From contig DAOTYJ010000029.1 in the NCBI GenBank assembly GCA_034434875.1, positions 3,581 through 67,580 on the forward strand: 64,000 bases of DNA, written 5' to 3'. Source of the DNA: Dehalococcoidia bacterium (lineage in GTDB: Bacteria; Chloroflexota; Dehalococcoidia; JAUQQI01). A program made the position numbers and the translations under genes. Positions 1 through 7,521 of this stretch are shown piece by piece. Within the stretch, counting starts at the first letter, position 1. Every line of letters starts with the position of its first letter. The notes under the pieces were generated by a model. It was not told the origin of the DNA, did not search any database, and was given only the letters and a program-made list of their open reading frames with translations.

Positions 1-123
1 GGCGGGGTTCAGGCCCTGGCCTACCACGAGGCCGTCCGCCTCCACAACGGCGGCCCCCCGGAGACGGTCGTCGAGCTCTTCGAAGATTCGGGCTACCGGT
101 CGGTCTCCCTGCCCGAACACCCG

Positions 124-2382
124 GTGGTCCGCAAGGCCGGGGCCGACCCCCACCGGGCCGACGACCGCTACATCGACCTGATGGCCCAGAACCGCAACCA
201 GGCCTTTGTGGTGGCCTCGGGCCTGCTTACCGGCTACGACCGTCAGCTTCTTAACCAGCTTCCGAAAGAAGGCCATCGGCTCCGGGGCACCGGCGGGGAT
301 TTTGCCTTCCAGGCCGACTCGCCCCCGTGCCGGGCGTGCCCGGCCGGCCAGCGGGGGGTCTGTGAGCAGAACCGGGCCGACCCGACCCGGAGGGCCTACG
401 ATTTCTGGCTCTACATTCCGCCGGCCCTCTTCGAGTACTGGGCCTGGTTCCACCGCCAGCTCAAGGCCGAGGAGCGGCTTGAACGGGAGCATTTTTTCAA
501 GCTGGCCACGGCCGACCCGGCCGTCCTGGAGGGGCAGGAGGGAATTACCCTCGTGGGCCTGCGGGCCGGGCCCCTGGCGGCCGGCCGGGTCCGGCTGGAG
601 CGTGCCCACCGGCTGGATACCCGGCTGCGAGAGGACGACCCCGTCCTGGTAACCCCGGCCCCCCACCGCCCCGGCCACTTCGCCTCCGTCCGGGGGGTCA
701 TCCGGCGGCTGGAGGCCTTCCACCTGGAGGTGGACCTGGACGAGCCCCACCTGCCCCCGGCCCCCGAGTACCGGGTCGACCGGGCGGGGCTGGGGGAGCG
801 GGTAGGCTGGGAAGTGGAGGCCCTGACCGACTTTATGCTCAGCGCCCTGGCCGCGGCCGGGGTGCGGGGCCGGCGGGTCCGGGAGGCCGAACTTCCGCCC
901 CTGGCCCGCACCATCCTGGGGAGCGAGAGCCCCGGGGCGCCGGCCCAGGCCGAGCCCGCCCTGGCGCCGGTTCTGGACTTGGGTCCCAGCCAGCTTGCGG
1001 CCTTAAGGGGAATTCTGGGCCTCGGGCCGGGGGAGATCCTGCTGGTCCAGGGGCCGCCGGGCACCGGCAAAACCGCCCTCATCGCCGAGGCCGTCCGCCA
1101 GCTCCTCTTTCGCCACCTCTGGGACCCCATCGACCCCGAAGACCCCCGGCCCATTCTGGTCCTGGCCAATACCCACCGGGCGGCCAACGAGGTGGTCCTC
1201 AAGCTGCTGGGGGCCTGTCCGGAGCTTGCCCCCTTCATCGTCCGGGTGGGGCGGGTGCTGGGGGGAATGGAGGCCGAGGTGGCCGCCTGCGTCCTGGCCG
1301 AGCGGGTGGGCCTCCGGGAGGCCGTCCGGGCCGGGTCCGACCTGGAGGCCCGGCTTAAAGAGTGCCTTTTCCGGGGGGCCGTCCTCCACCGCCACGCCGG
1401 CGTCTTCGTGGCCACCCTGGCGGCGGCCGCCGCCCCCGAGCTTCAGGGGCTGTCCTTTCGGTACGTCATCGTCGACGAGGCCGGCCAGGCCACCGAGCCG
1501 GCCACCCTTCAGGCCCTGCGCCGGCTCCCGGCCGACTTCGGGGGCGCCCTGGTGCTGGTGGGGGACCACTGCCAGCTCCCGCCGGTGGTGGAGGCCGCCG
1601 AGGCCCCGCCCCTTACGTCCGCGCTAGCCGCCGGACGCGGCTTTAAAGCCGGCCACAGCCTCAAAATCTCCCTCTTTGAGCGGCTGGCCGGCCGCTACCC
1701 CCAGCGCCTGGTTCGGCTTGTGGAGCAGTACCGGATGGCCCGGCCCATCTGCGAGCTGGTGGCCAACACCTTCTACGGCGGGGCGTTGCGGCCGGCCACC
1801 CCGGCCGTGGCCGACCAGCCCCCGCCCCCCGGCTTCGACCGGCACATCCTCTGGGTTCTTACGGACGGAATCCCCGGGGCCCTGGAGCAGGCGGCCGGAA
1901 TAGAGGAGGCCCGGAGCAACCCCTACGAGGCGGAGCTGGCTGCCCGGGTTGTGGTCCGGCTGGTGGGCCGCGGCCTTCCGCCCGACCGGGTCGGGGTGGT
2001 CTCCCCCTACCGGCGGCAGAACACCCAGGTCCGCCAGGCCCTGGCCGACCTCGCCCCCGGCCTGGCCGAGCAGGTCCGGGTGGATACGGTGGACCGGTTC
2101 CAGGGGGGCGAGCGGGACGCCATCGTTATAAGCCTGGCGGCCGCCAACCCCCAGCGAAACCTGGGCGAGCTCCTGGCCGACTGGCGGCGGCTGAACGTGG
2201 CCGTCTCCCGGGCCCGCCGCCTCGTGGTCATCATCGGGAGCCGGGAGACCTTAACTGAGCCGGGCCCGCTGGACACCCCCGAAGCCCGGACGGCCAAAGG
2301 CTATTACCGCCGCCTCTGGGCCGAGGTCTGCCGGCTGGCGGCCGCCGGGGCGGCCCGGGTGGTCAGGCCGGAGGCGGGGTGA
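124..2382 (+). CDS. Superfamily-1 helicase, Upf1/DNA2-like (AAA_11/AAA_12 type). The frame is open back to window position 1, so the true start may lie upstream of the window
   Basis: Walker A GPPGTGKT, motif II VIVDEAGQATEP, motif V VDRFQGGERDAIVISL, motif VI LNVAVSRAR. A ~300 aa N-terminal region with Cys cluster CRACPAGQRGVC precedes the RecA core. Confidence 0.85.
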   Translation: MVRKAGADPHRADDRYIDLMAQNRNQAFVVASGLLTGYDRQLLNQLPKEGHRLRGTGGDFAFQADSPPCRACPAGQRGVCEQNRADPTRRAYDFWLYIPPALFEYWAWFHRQLKAEERLEREHFFKLATADPAVLEGQEGITLVGLRAGPLAAGRVRLERAHRLDTRLREDDPVLVTPAPHRPGHFASVRGVIRRLEAFHLEVDLDEPHLPPAPEYRVDRAGLGERVGWEVEALTDFMLSALAAAGVRGRRVREAELPPLARTILGSESPGAPAQAEPALAPVLDLGPSQLAALRGILGLGPGEILLVQGPPGTGKTALIAEAVRQLLFRHLWDPIDPEDPRPILVLANTHRAANEVVLKLLGACPELAPFIVRVGRVLGGMEAEVAACVLAERVGLREAVRAGSDLEARLKECLFRGAVLHRHAGVFVATLAAAAAPELQGLSFRYVIVDEAGQATEPATLQALRRLPADFGGALVLVGDHCQLPPVVEAAEAPPLTSALAAGRGFKAGHSLKISLFERLAGRYPQRLVRLVEQYRMARPICELVANTFYGGALRPATPAVADQPPPPGFDRHILWVLTDGIPGALEQAAGIEEARSNPYEAELAARVVVRLVGRGLPPDRVGVVSPYRRQNTQVRQALADLAPGLAEQVRVDTVDRFQGGERDAIVISLAAANPQRNLGELLADWRRLNVAVSRARRLVVIIGSRETLTEPGPLDTPEARTAKGYYRRLWAEVCRLAAAGAARVVRPEAG

Positions 2383-2897
2383 GGCAGAGCGCCCTGGGCC
2401 GGACCCTTGAGGCCCTGCGCCGGGTGGCGGAGGCGGGGGTCGGGTGCGACTTCTGGCTGGGGCCGGAGTTCGGCCTTAAAATCGCCTGGCTCGACCGCCT
2501 CGGCCTGGCCAAAGGCTTTCGTCAGCGGGTGCCCCGCTGTGTTGAGCACCGGTGCCACCTGGCCGGAATCTGCCCCTACCAGCGGCGGTTCGACGTCGAC
2601 CGGGCGGGCATCGCCGGCCTTAAGGGTCGGCTCACCGACCTGGGCCTTGGGGTGGCCGGGGACCGGGCCGCCCTGGAAGAAGTCCTCCTGGCGGACCCGG
2701 CCGTTCGGGCCCTGCTCGGCCGCCTTGAGGCCGGGCCCGTCAGCCAGTTTGAGGTCCGCCGCTGGCTTATAGAGGCCGCCTGGTCGGAAGACGACCCCCT
2801 GGCCGCCCTCACCCCGCCCGAGGCCGGCTGGCTTCTGCGCCTGCTGGCCGACCTGGGCCGCCTGACGCTGGCCGGAGACCGGGTCGGCCGGCCCTAG
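2379..2897 (+). CDS. Hypothetical 172-aa protein, translationally coupled to the helicase (ATGA overlap). Carries a Cys/His cluster CVEHRCHLAGICPY
   Basis: ORF in a 70% GC context with ordinary amino-acid composition; 4-nt overlap with the helicase stop. Confidence 0.5.
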   Translation: MRQSALGRTLEALRRVAEAGVGCDFWLGPEFGLKIAWLDRLGLAKGFRQRVPRCVEHRCHLAGICPYQRRFDVDRAGIAGLKGRLTDLGLGVAGDRAALEEVLLADPAVRALLGRLEAGPVSQFEVRRWLIEAAWSEDDPLAALTPPEAGWLLRLLADLGRLTLAGDRVGRP

Positions 2898-5449
2898 GGC
2901 AGGGTTCCGGCCCAGATCTCGGCGGCGTCGGTCCCGTCGGGCCGGGGCAGGCGGGCCCCGGTGAGGGGGTCGTAAAGGCCCGCCAGGAGCCGGTAAGGGC
3001 CGGGGGGCGGGGCGGCGGGGACGGGGAGGGTGTGGGCATCCTCCACATATTCGCCCACCAGCCAGCGGTCGGTGGGGTGGGTCCAGTGGCGGGGCACGGC
3101 GTCGTCCTGGGCGATGGGCTGCCCGTCGGGCCCGGCCAGGTGGACGAAAACCTTGAGATTTCGGCCCACCGGGGCGTCGGCCCGCCACACCAGGGTAACG
3201 GTGAGGGGCGCGCCCGGGCGGGGCCGGTCCGGGCTTAAGGTTGCCCCCACCAGGGTCACCCCGTCCCCAAACCGGGCCCCGACCCTCACCCCGACGGGGG
3301 GCGGTTCAAACCGACGGCCTGCCGCCGGCCGGACGGCCACCGCCCCCAGCGGCCGCCCGTCCACCCGGAGGCGGACTTCCCCGGCCGCCGGAAGGGTAAG
3401 CTTAAGCCGCTGGCGGACAAAGCCGGGCCGGTCCCCCCCGGGCCCTGCCAGGGGAATCCGGTTGGCGAAACCGGACCCGATAACTTCCAGCCGCAGGTTT
3501 TCGGGTTGAGGGCCGGCCAGCCAGAGCAGTTCGATTTCGAAGGGCTCCCCGGCCGTGACCGGGCCCGGGGGGAGCCGGTAGCCGGCCAGGCCCCCGACCG
3601 GGGGCTCCAGCAGGTTAAAGCCCGCGGGCGGGGTGGGAACGGGGTTCTCGAGCCGGCCCACGGGCAGGGGGGCTTCGACGGCCCCCGTGGGCCGTCCGGC
3701 CGCCGTAAGGCCCAGAATCTCGCCGGAAGCCGCATACACCCGGACCCAGGCCGTGTAGTCTCCCGGCGGCAGGCCGGGCGGAAGCCGCAGCGGCAGGTGC
3801 TGCTCCACGACCTCGCCCGGCTCCCAGCGGTCGGCCGGCTCAAAACGGCCGTTCCGAATGGGCCGGTCGAAGACGGCCCAGACCTCCTCGGCCCCCCGGC
3901 CGAGGGCCACCCGGACGGACAGCGGCCGGGACGGGCTCCTTTCGGCCTGCCAGCGGAGGAGCAGGCCCGGGGCGTCGGCCGGCCGGGGCAGCCGGGCGTA
4001 GGCCGTCAGCCACAGGTCCGGGCCGAACCGGTAGTCGGCCGGTTGCCACTCCAGGTCGAAGGCCGGGCCCGGCCGGTAGACGGTGAGGCGCAGGCCCCCG
4101 GCCCAGCTTTCGGCCTCGCGGCTCAAGGCCGATTCCAGCAGGCCGTCGAAAAGGCCGTCGGGGTCGGTTATCACCTCCGGATTCCAGATGTACCAGACCC
4201 GGCCGGTCCGGGGGAGGTTTTCCCGGATGAACCCGAGCATCGCCTCCGGCCGGTAGGGGGTAACCGGCACGTGTCGGGCCGGGGCCGCCCCCCGGTAGTA
4301 GTACCGAAAGGGCGGGGGTACGTTGAAAAGCACCAGGTCTCCGGGCCCGGCCGCCCGGCTCACCCGGGCCACCACCGACCGGTAATCGGTCCGCCAGAAG
4401 GCCGGGTTTGTTTGCTGGGTCCAGACCGCCCCCACCCCGAGGGCCAGAAGGCCCAGGCCCGCCGGAACGCCGAAGGTCAGGCGGCCGGCCAGACTGGCGG
4501 CCAGAAGCATGGCAAGAAAGGCCATGCCGGTTAAAACATATCGGGGGTGGTAGGCCGGGGCCCGCAGGGCAATTACCAGGGGCGGAATTAGGTTAAAGGC
4601 GGTCATGACCAGGAGGGGTCGGGCCGCCGGCCTGGCCGCCCCCAGAACCAGGGCCGGAATGAGGGCGGCCCCGGGGAGCAGAAGATAAGGATTAAAGCCC
4701 TCCCGGGGGGCCCCGGCCGCCCCCAGCCCCAGCCAGAAGAACTCCCAGGTCCAGCGCAGCCGCAGGAGGGGGTCGGGGGGCAGGGCGAAGGGCGCCCCCC
4801 AGCCCAAAACCTTCGGGATAAGGCCCGAGGCCCAGGGAATGAGGGCGAGGCCCACCGCCCCCAGCCACCCCCACGGCCGGCGCCGGGCTGTGAGGACCAG
4901 GGCCGCCTGGCCCAGCAGAGCGAAGATGTAATAATAAAACGTAAACAGGCCGACGACCGTAAGGCCGGCCCAGGCCGCCCAGCCCCACCGTCCGGGCGGC
5001 CGCAGTAAGAGGGCCGTCGAGAGGGCCGCCAGCGCGGCCGCCGGGGCAAACATCCGGGCCTCCCGGGCGTAGTAAACCAGGGGCGGGGCCGCCCCCAGAA
5101 GGCCCAGCCCGAAAATCAGCCCGGCCGGCCCCGCCGCCCGCCGACACAGGTAGCCCCCGGCCGCCACCAGGACCATCCCGGCCAGGACCGAAAGATAGCG
5201 GAGGGCAAATTCGCCGTTGCCGGCCGCCTGTCCCCAGAAGTGGAGGGCCAGGTAGTAAGCAGGGGGGTGGTTTTCGGCCTCGGCCGAGCCCGTGGCCCGA
5301 TTGTCCCCCCGCAGGATGTCGGCCGGGGGCCCGGCGGCCAGGAGGGCGCTGTAGGCCTCGTCCCACCAGAAGGATTCCCGGTCGAGGCCGTGGACCCGGA
5401 GGGCAAAGGCGGCCGCCAGCAAAAGAAGGGGTAAAAGCCGCCGCGCCAC
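2894..5449 (-). CDS. GT-C fold glycosyltransferase, family 39-like (PMT/ArnT-type polyprenyl-phosphate-sugar dependent), with a ~450 aa C-terminal extracytoplasmic repeat domain
   Basis: N-terminal polytopic region with the first-loop acidic motif ESFWWDEAYSA typical of GT39/GT83; C-terminal internally repeated ~110-aa modules. Confidence 0.7.
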   Translation of the reverse strand: MARRLLPLLLLAAAFALRVHGLDRESFWWDEAYSALLAAGPPADILRGDNRATGSAEAENHPPAYYLALHFWGQAAGNGEFALRYLSVLAGMVLVAAGGYLCRRAAGPAGLIFGLGLLGAAPPLVYYAREARMFAPAAALAALSTALLLRPPGRWGWAAWAGLTVVGLFTFYYYIFALLGQAALVLTARRRPWGWLGAVGLALIPWASGLIPKVLGWGAPFALPPDPLLRLRWTWEFFWLGLGAAGAPREGFNPYLLLPGAALIPALVLGAARPAARPLLVMTAFNLIPPLVIALRAPAYHPRYVLTGMAFLAMLLAASLAGRLTFGVPAGLGLLALGVGAVWTQQTNPAFWRTDYRSVVARVSRAAGPGDLVLFNVPPPFRYYYRGAAPARHVPVTPYRPEAMLGFIRENLPRTGRVWYIWNPEVITDPDGLFDGLLESALSREAESWAGGLRLTVYRPGPAFDLEWQPADYRFGPDLWLTAYARLPRPADAPGLLLRWQAERSPSRPLSVRVALGRGAEEVWAVFDRPIRNGRFEPADRWEPGEVVEQHLPLRLPPGLPPGDYTAWVRVYAASGEILGLTAAGRPTGAVEAPLPVGRLENPVPTPPAGFNLLEPPVGGLAGYRLPPGPVTAGEPFEIELLWLAGPQPENLRLEVIGSGFANRIPLAGPGGDRPGFVRQRLKLTLPAAGEVRLRVDGRPLGAVAVRPAAGRRFEPPPVGVRVGARFGDGVTLVGATLSPDRPRPGAPLTVTLVWRADAPVGRNLKVFVHLAGPDGQPIAQDDAVPRHWTHPTDRWLVGEYVEDAHTLPVPAAPPPGPYRLLAGLYDPLTGARLPRPDGTDAAEIWAGTLP

Positions 5450-5457
5450 CCGCCGGG

Positions 5458-6702
5458 CTAGGTTCGGGGCAGCCAGAGGCCGCCCGGGGTCCGGCCGGGC
5501 GGCTCCGCCTCGGCCTCGGGCCCCTCGTGGGCCGGCACCCAGAGGCCCAGCTCTTCGGCCCGGGTTCGGGCCTCGGCCGGCAGGGTTGCCCCCAGGGCCG
5601 TCCCGACCAGGGCCTGAAGGAGGGGGATCCGGGCCGGGTCCTGGCCCGGGTCGGCTAGGGCCAGGGCCGCCGCTAGGACGCGTTTCGCCGTAAGCGGCCG
5701 GTCGGCCCGGGCATACAGAAGGGCCAGGTCCTCCAGGGCCCCCACCCGCACCTGCCGCACCTCTGGCCTATCGTCGAAAAGGGCCCGGACCGCCCGGCCG
5801 ACCAGGTCGGCCCACCGGCGCCGGTGGGTTTCCTCGTCAAGGAGCACCTGGGTTCCCGCCAGGTTGCGGGCTTCCCGGCTGAAATCCCTTAAAAGGCGGG
5901 GGACGATGAACCAGTGCCAGAGGTGGGGCTCGTCGGACACCACCTGGTTGGACTCGTCGAGGTACTGGGGGTTGAGCCGCACCTCGGCGCGGTTGACCAG
6001 GCGGTAAACGGGGTGCTCTGAGAACTCCCGGCGGGGCCGGCCGATTCGTTCCAGCCAGGCCGCGGCCGCCGGGGAGAGGGCGGCCCCACCCCGCCGATTC
6101 CAGAGGATATCCCGGGCCTCGTCCGGCTCCAGCTCGAAAAGCTCCAGGTCGGCTTCGGCCGCCGCCCGACGAAGCTTCTCCAGTTCGGCCTCGAGCCGCC
6201 CCACCACACTCGCCCGGTGTCCCACGTCGACCCCGCGGGGGCTGAGGCCGAAGGCCACCACATCCAGGCCCCCGACGGCCCCCCGCACCAGCAGGATCAG
6301 CTCCCGGGCCCGCTCGAGGGTTACCGGGGTCGAGAAGGCCCGCAGGACCGGGTCGGCGGCCTCCGTCGGCCGGACCCGGGGCGCCGGCCGTCCCCCGACC
6401 CGGAAAAGCTCCCGCCGGACCTGTTTAAGCCGCTCCCTGGGAAGGTCGGCCCCGGCCAGGGCGCTTAAAACCGCCGCGGCCCCCGGACTGCCCCGCAGCG
6501 CCCCCAGCAGCCGGCCGAAGGCGGCCGGGTCCCCGGCCAGCTCCACGGCCAGCCGGACCAGCCCCTCCGGGTTCGAAACCGCGAGCTCCCGGACAACCGC
6601 ATCAAATTCCTCGGGCCCGAGCCGCCCGAGGCGGCGGGCCGCCTCCGGGTAGAGCTTAAAGCTTAAAAGTTCGGCGACTTCGGCCACCCGCCCTGACCCC
6701 AC
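5458..6702 (-). CDS. Hypothetical protein embedded in the glycosylation operon
   Basis: 414-aa ORF, 8 nt upstream of the GT39 start, same strand; no family recognised. Confidence 0.45.
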   Translation of the reverse strand: MGSGRVAEVAELLSFKLYPEAARRLGRLGPEEFDAVVRELAVSNPEGLVRLAVELAGDPAAFGRLLGALRGSPGAAAVLSALAGADLPRERLKQVRRELFRVGGRPAPRVRPTEAADPVLRAFSTPVTLERARELILLVRGAVGGLDVVAFGLSPRGVDVGHRASVVGRLEAELEKLRRAAAEADLELFELEPDEARDILWNRRGGAALSPAAAAWLERIGRPRREFSEHPVYRLVNRAEVRLNPQYLDESNQVVSDEPHLWHWFIVPRLLRDFSREARNLAGTQVLLDEETHRRRWADLVGRAVRALFDDRPEVRQVRVGALEDLALLYARADRPLTAKRVLAAALALADPGQDPARIPLLQALVGTALGATLPAEARTRAEELGLWVPAHEGPEAEAEPPGRTPGGLWLPRT

Positions 6703-6705
6703 CGC

Positions 6706-7521
6706 CTAGGCCTCCCGAAATTCCCGGACGGGGACGGTCCGGGCCAGCCTCGGGCCGAGCACGGGAACCTTGCCGACCAGCTGGGGAAATACCAGCTCGA
6801 ACCAGAGGTGGGCCAGCTGGATGAGGGTGCGTTTGACCCGCCGGAAGTTGAAAAACTGCGACCGGCCGTAGGCCCGGTGGTAGTGGTGGACCGGCACCTC
6901 GGCCAACCCGAAGCCGGCGTCCTGGACTTTTTTCATAAGTTCGACGCAGATTACCCCGCTGTCGGACTTAAGGTTAATCTTGTCAAAGATGCTTCGGCGC
7001 ATCAGCCTGAAGTCGCAGTCGACGTCTTTAAGCTTAAGGCCGAAGGCAAACTTGACCACATATTGATAAATTCGGCCGATAATGACCCGGTGGAGGGGGT
7101 CGTGCCGCTCGATCTTCCAGCCGTTTACCAGGTCGACCCCTTCCCGAAGGGCCGGCAGGAGCAGTTTAAGCTCCCGGGGGTCGTACTGGGCGTCGCCGTC
7201 GGTGTAGAAGATCAGCTCCTTGGTGCAGGCGGCAAACCCGGTTCGGAGGGCCGCCCCGTAGCCCAGGTTCTTAGGGTGGTGGACCACCCGCAGGCAGTCG
7301 TAGAGCCGGGCGAGCTCCTCAAGGACCTCGGCGGTGTGGTCTTCGCTCCCGTCGTTCACGACGATGACCTCGTAATCGTCCGTAAGCTCCCGCAGGGTCC
7401 GGACGGCGGTCACCACCATGGAGGCGATGGTGCCGGCGTCGTTGTAGGCCGGAAAGAAAACCGAAATGCCCGGCGGCCGGGATTCTGCGGTCATCTGCCC
7501 AGAAAATATTACCCAAATCAA
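6706..7521 (-). CDS. GT2 polyprenyl-phosphate mannose/glucose synthase (DPM1/Ppm1-like)
   Basis: Motifs VNDGSEDHT, GYGAALRTGF, DGDAQYDPRE; ~250 aa single-domain GT2 of the dolichol-phosphate-mannose synthase type. Confidence 0.75.
   Translation of the reverse strand: MIWVIFSGQMTAESRPPGISVFFPAYNDAGTIASMVVTAVRTLRELTDDYEVIVVNDGSEDHTAEVLEELARLYDCLRVVHHPKNLGYGAALRTGFAACTKELIFYTDGDAQYDPRELKLLLPALREGVDLVNGWKIERHDPLHRVIIGRIYQYVVKFAFGLKLKDVDCDFRLMRRSIFDKINLKSDSGVICVELMKKVQDAGFGLAEVPVHHYHRAYGRSQFFNFRRVKRTLIQLAHLWFELVFPQLVGKVPVLGPRLARTVPVREFREA

Noticed and set aside
411-1627. Antisense and alternate-frame ORFs overlapping the helicase gene (for example 411-1415 minus, 1003-1569 minus, 1226-1627 plus)
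   Set aside because: Arg/Pro/Gly/Ser-rich low-complexity translations typical of off-frame reading of 70% GC DNA; the helicase frame carries all conserved motifs
3506-4534. 342-aa plus-strand ORF inside the GT39 gene, and many similar long shadow ORFs (8364-9098, 12098-13294, 13634-14611, 14741-15730, 18414-20372, 23820-24884, 49819-50829, 52030-52929, 54279-55571, 58155-59360, 60777-62834)
   Set aside because: All lie antisense or out of frame to genes with clear homology; their composition is dominated by Gly/Arg/Pro runs; stop codons are simply rare in GC-rich DNA
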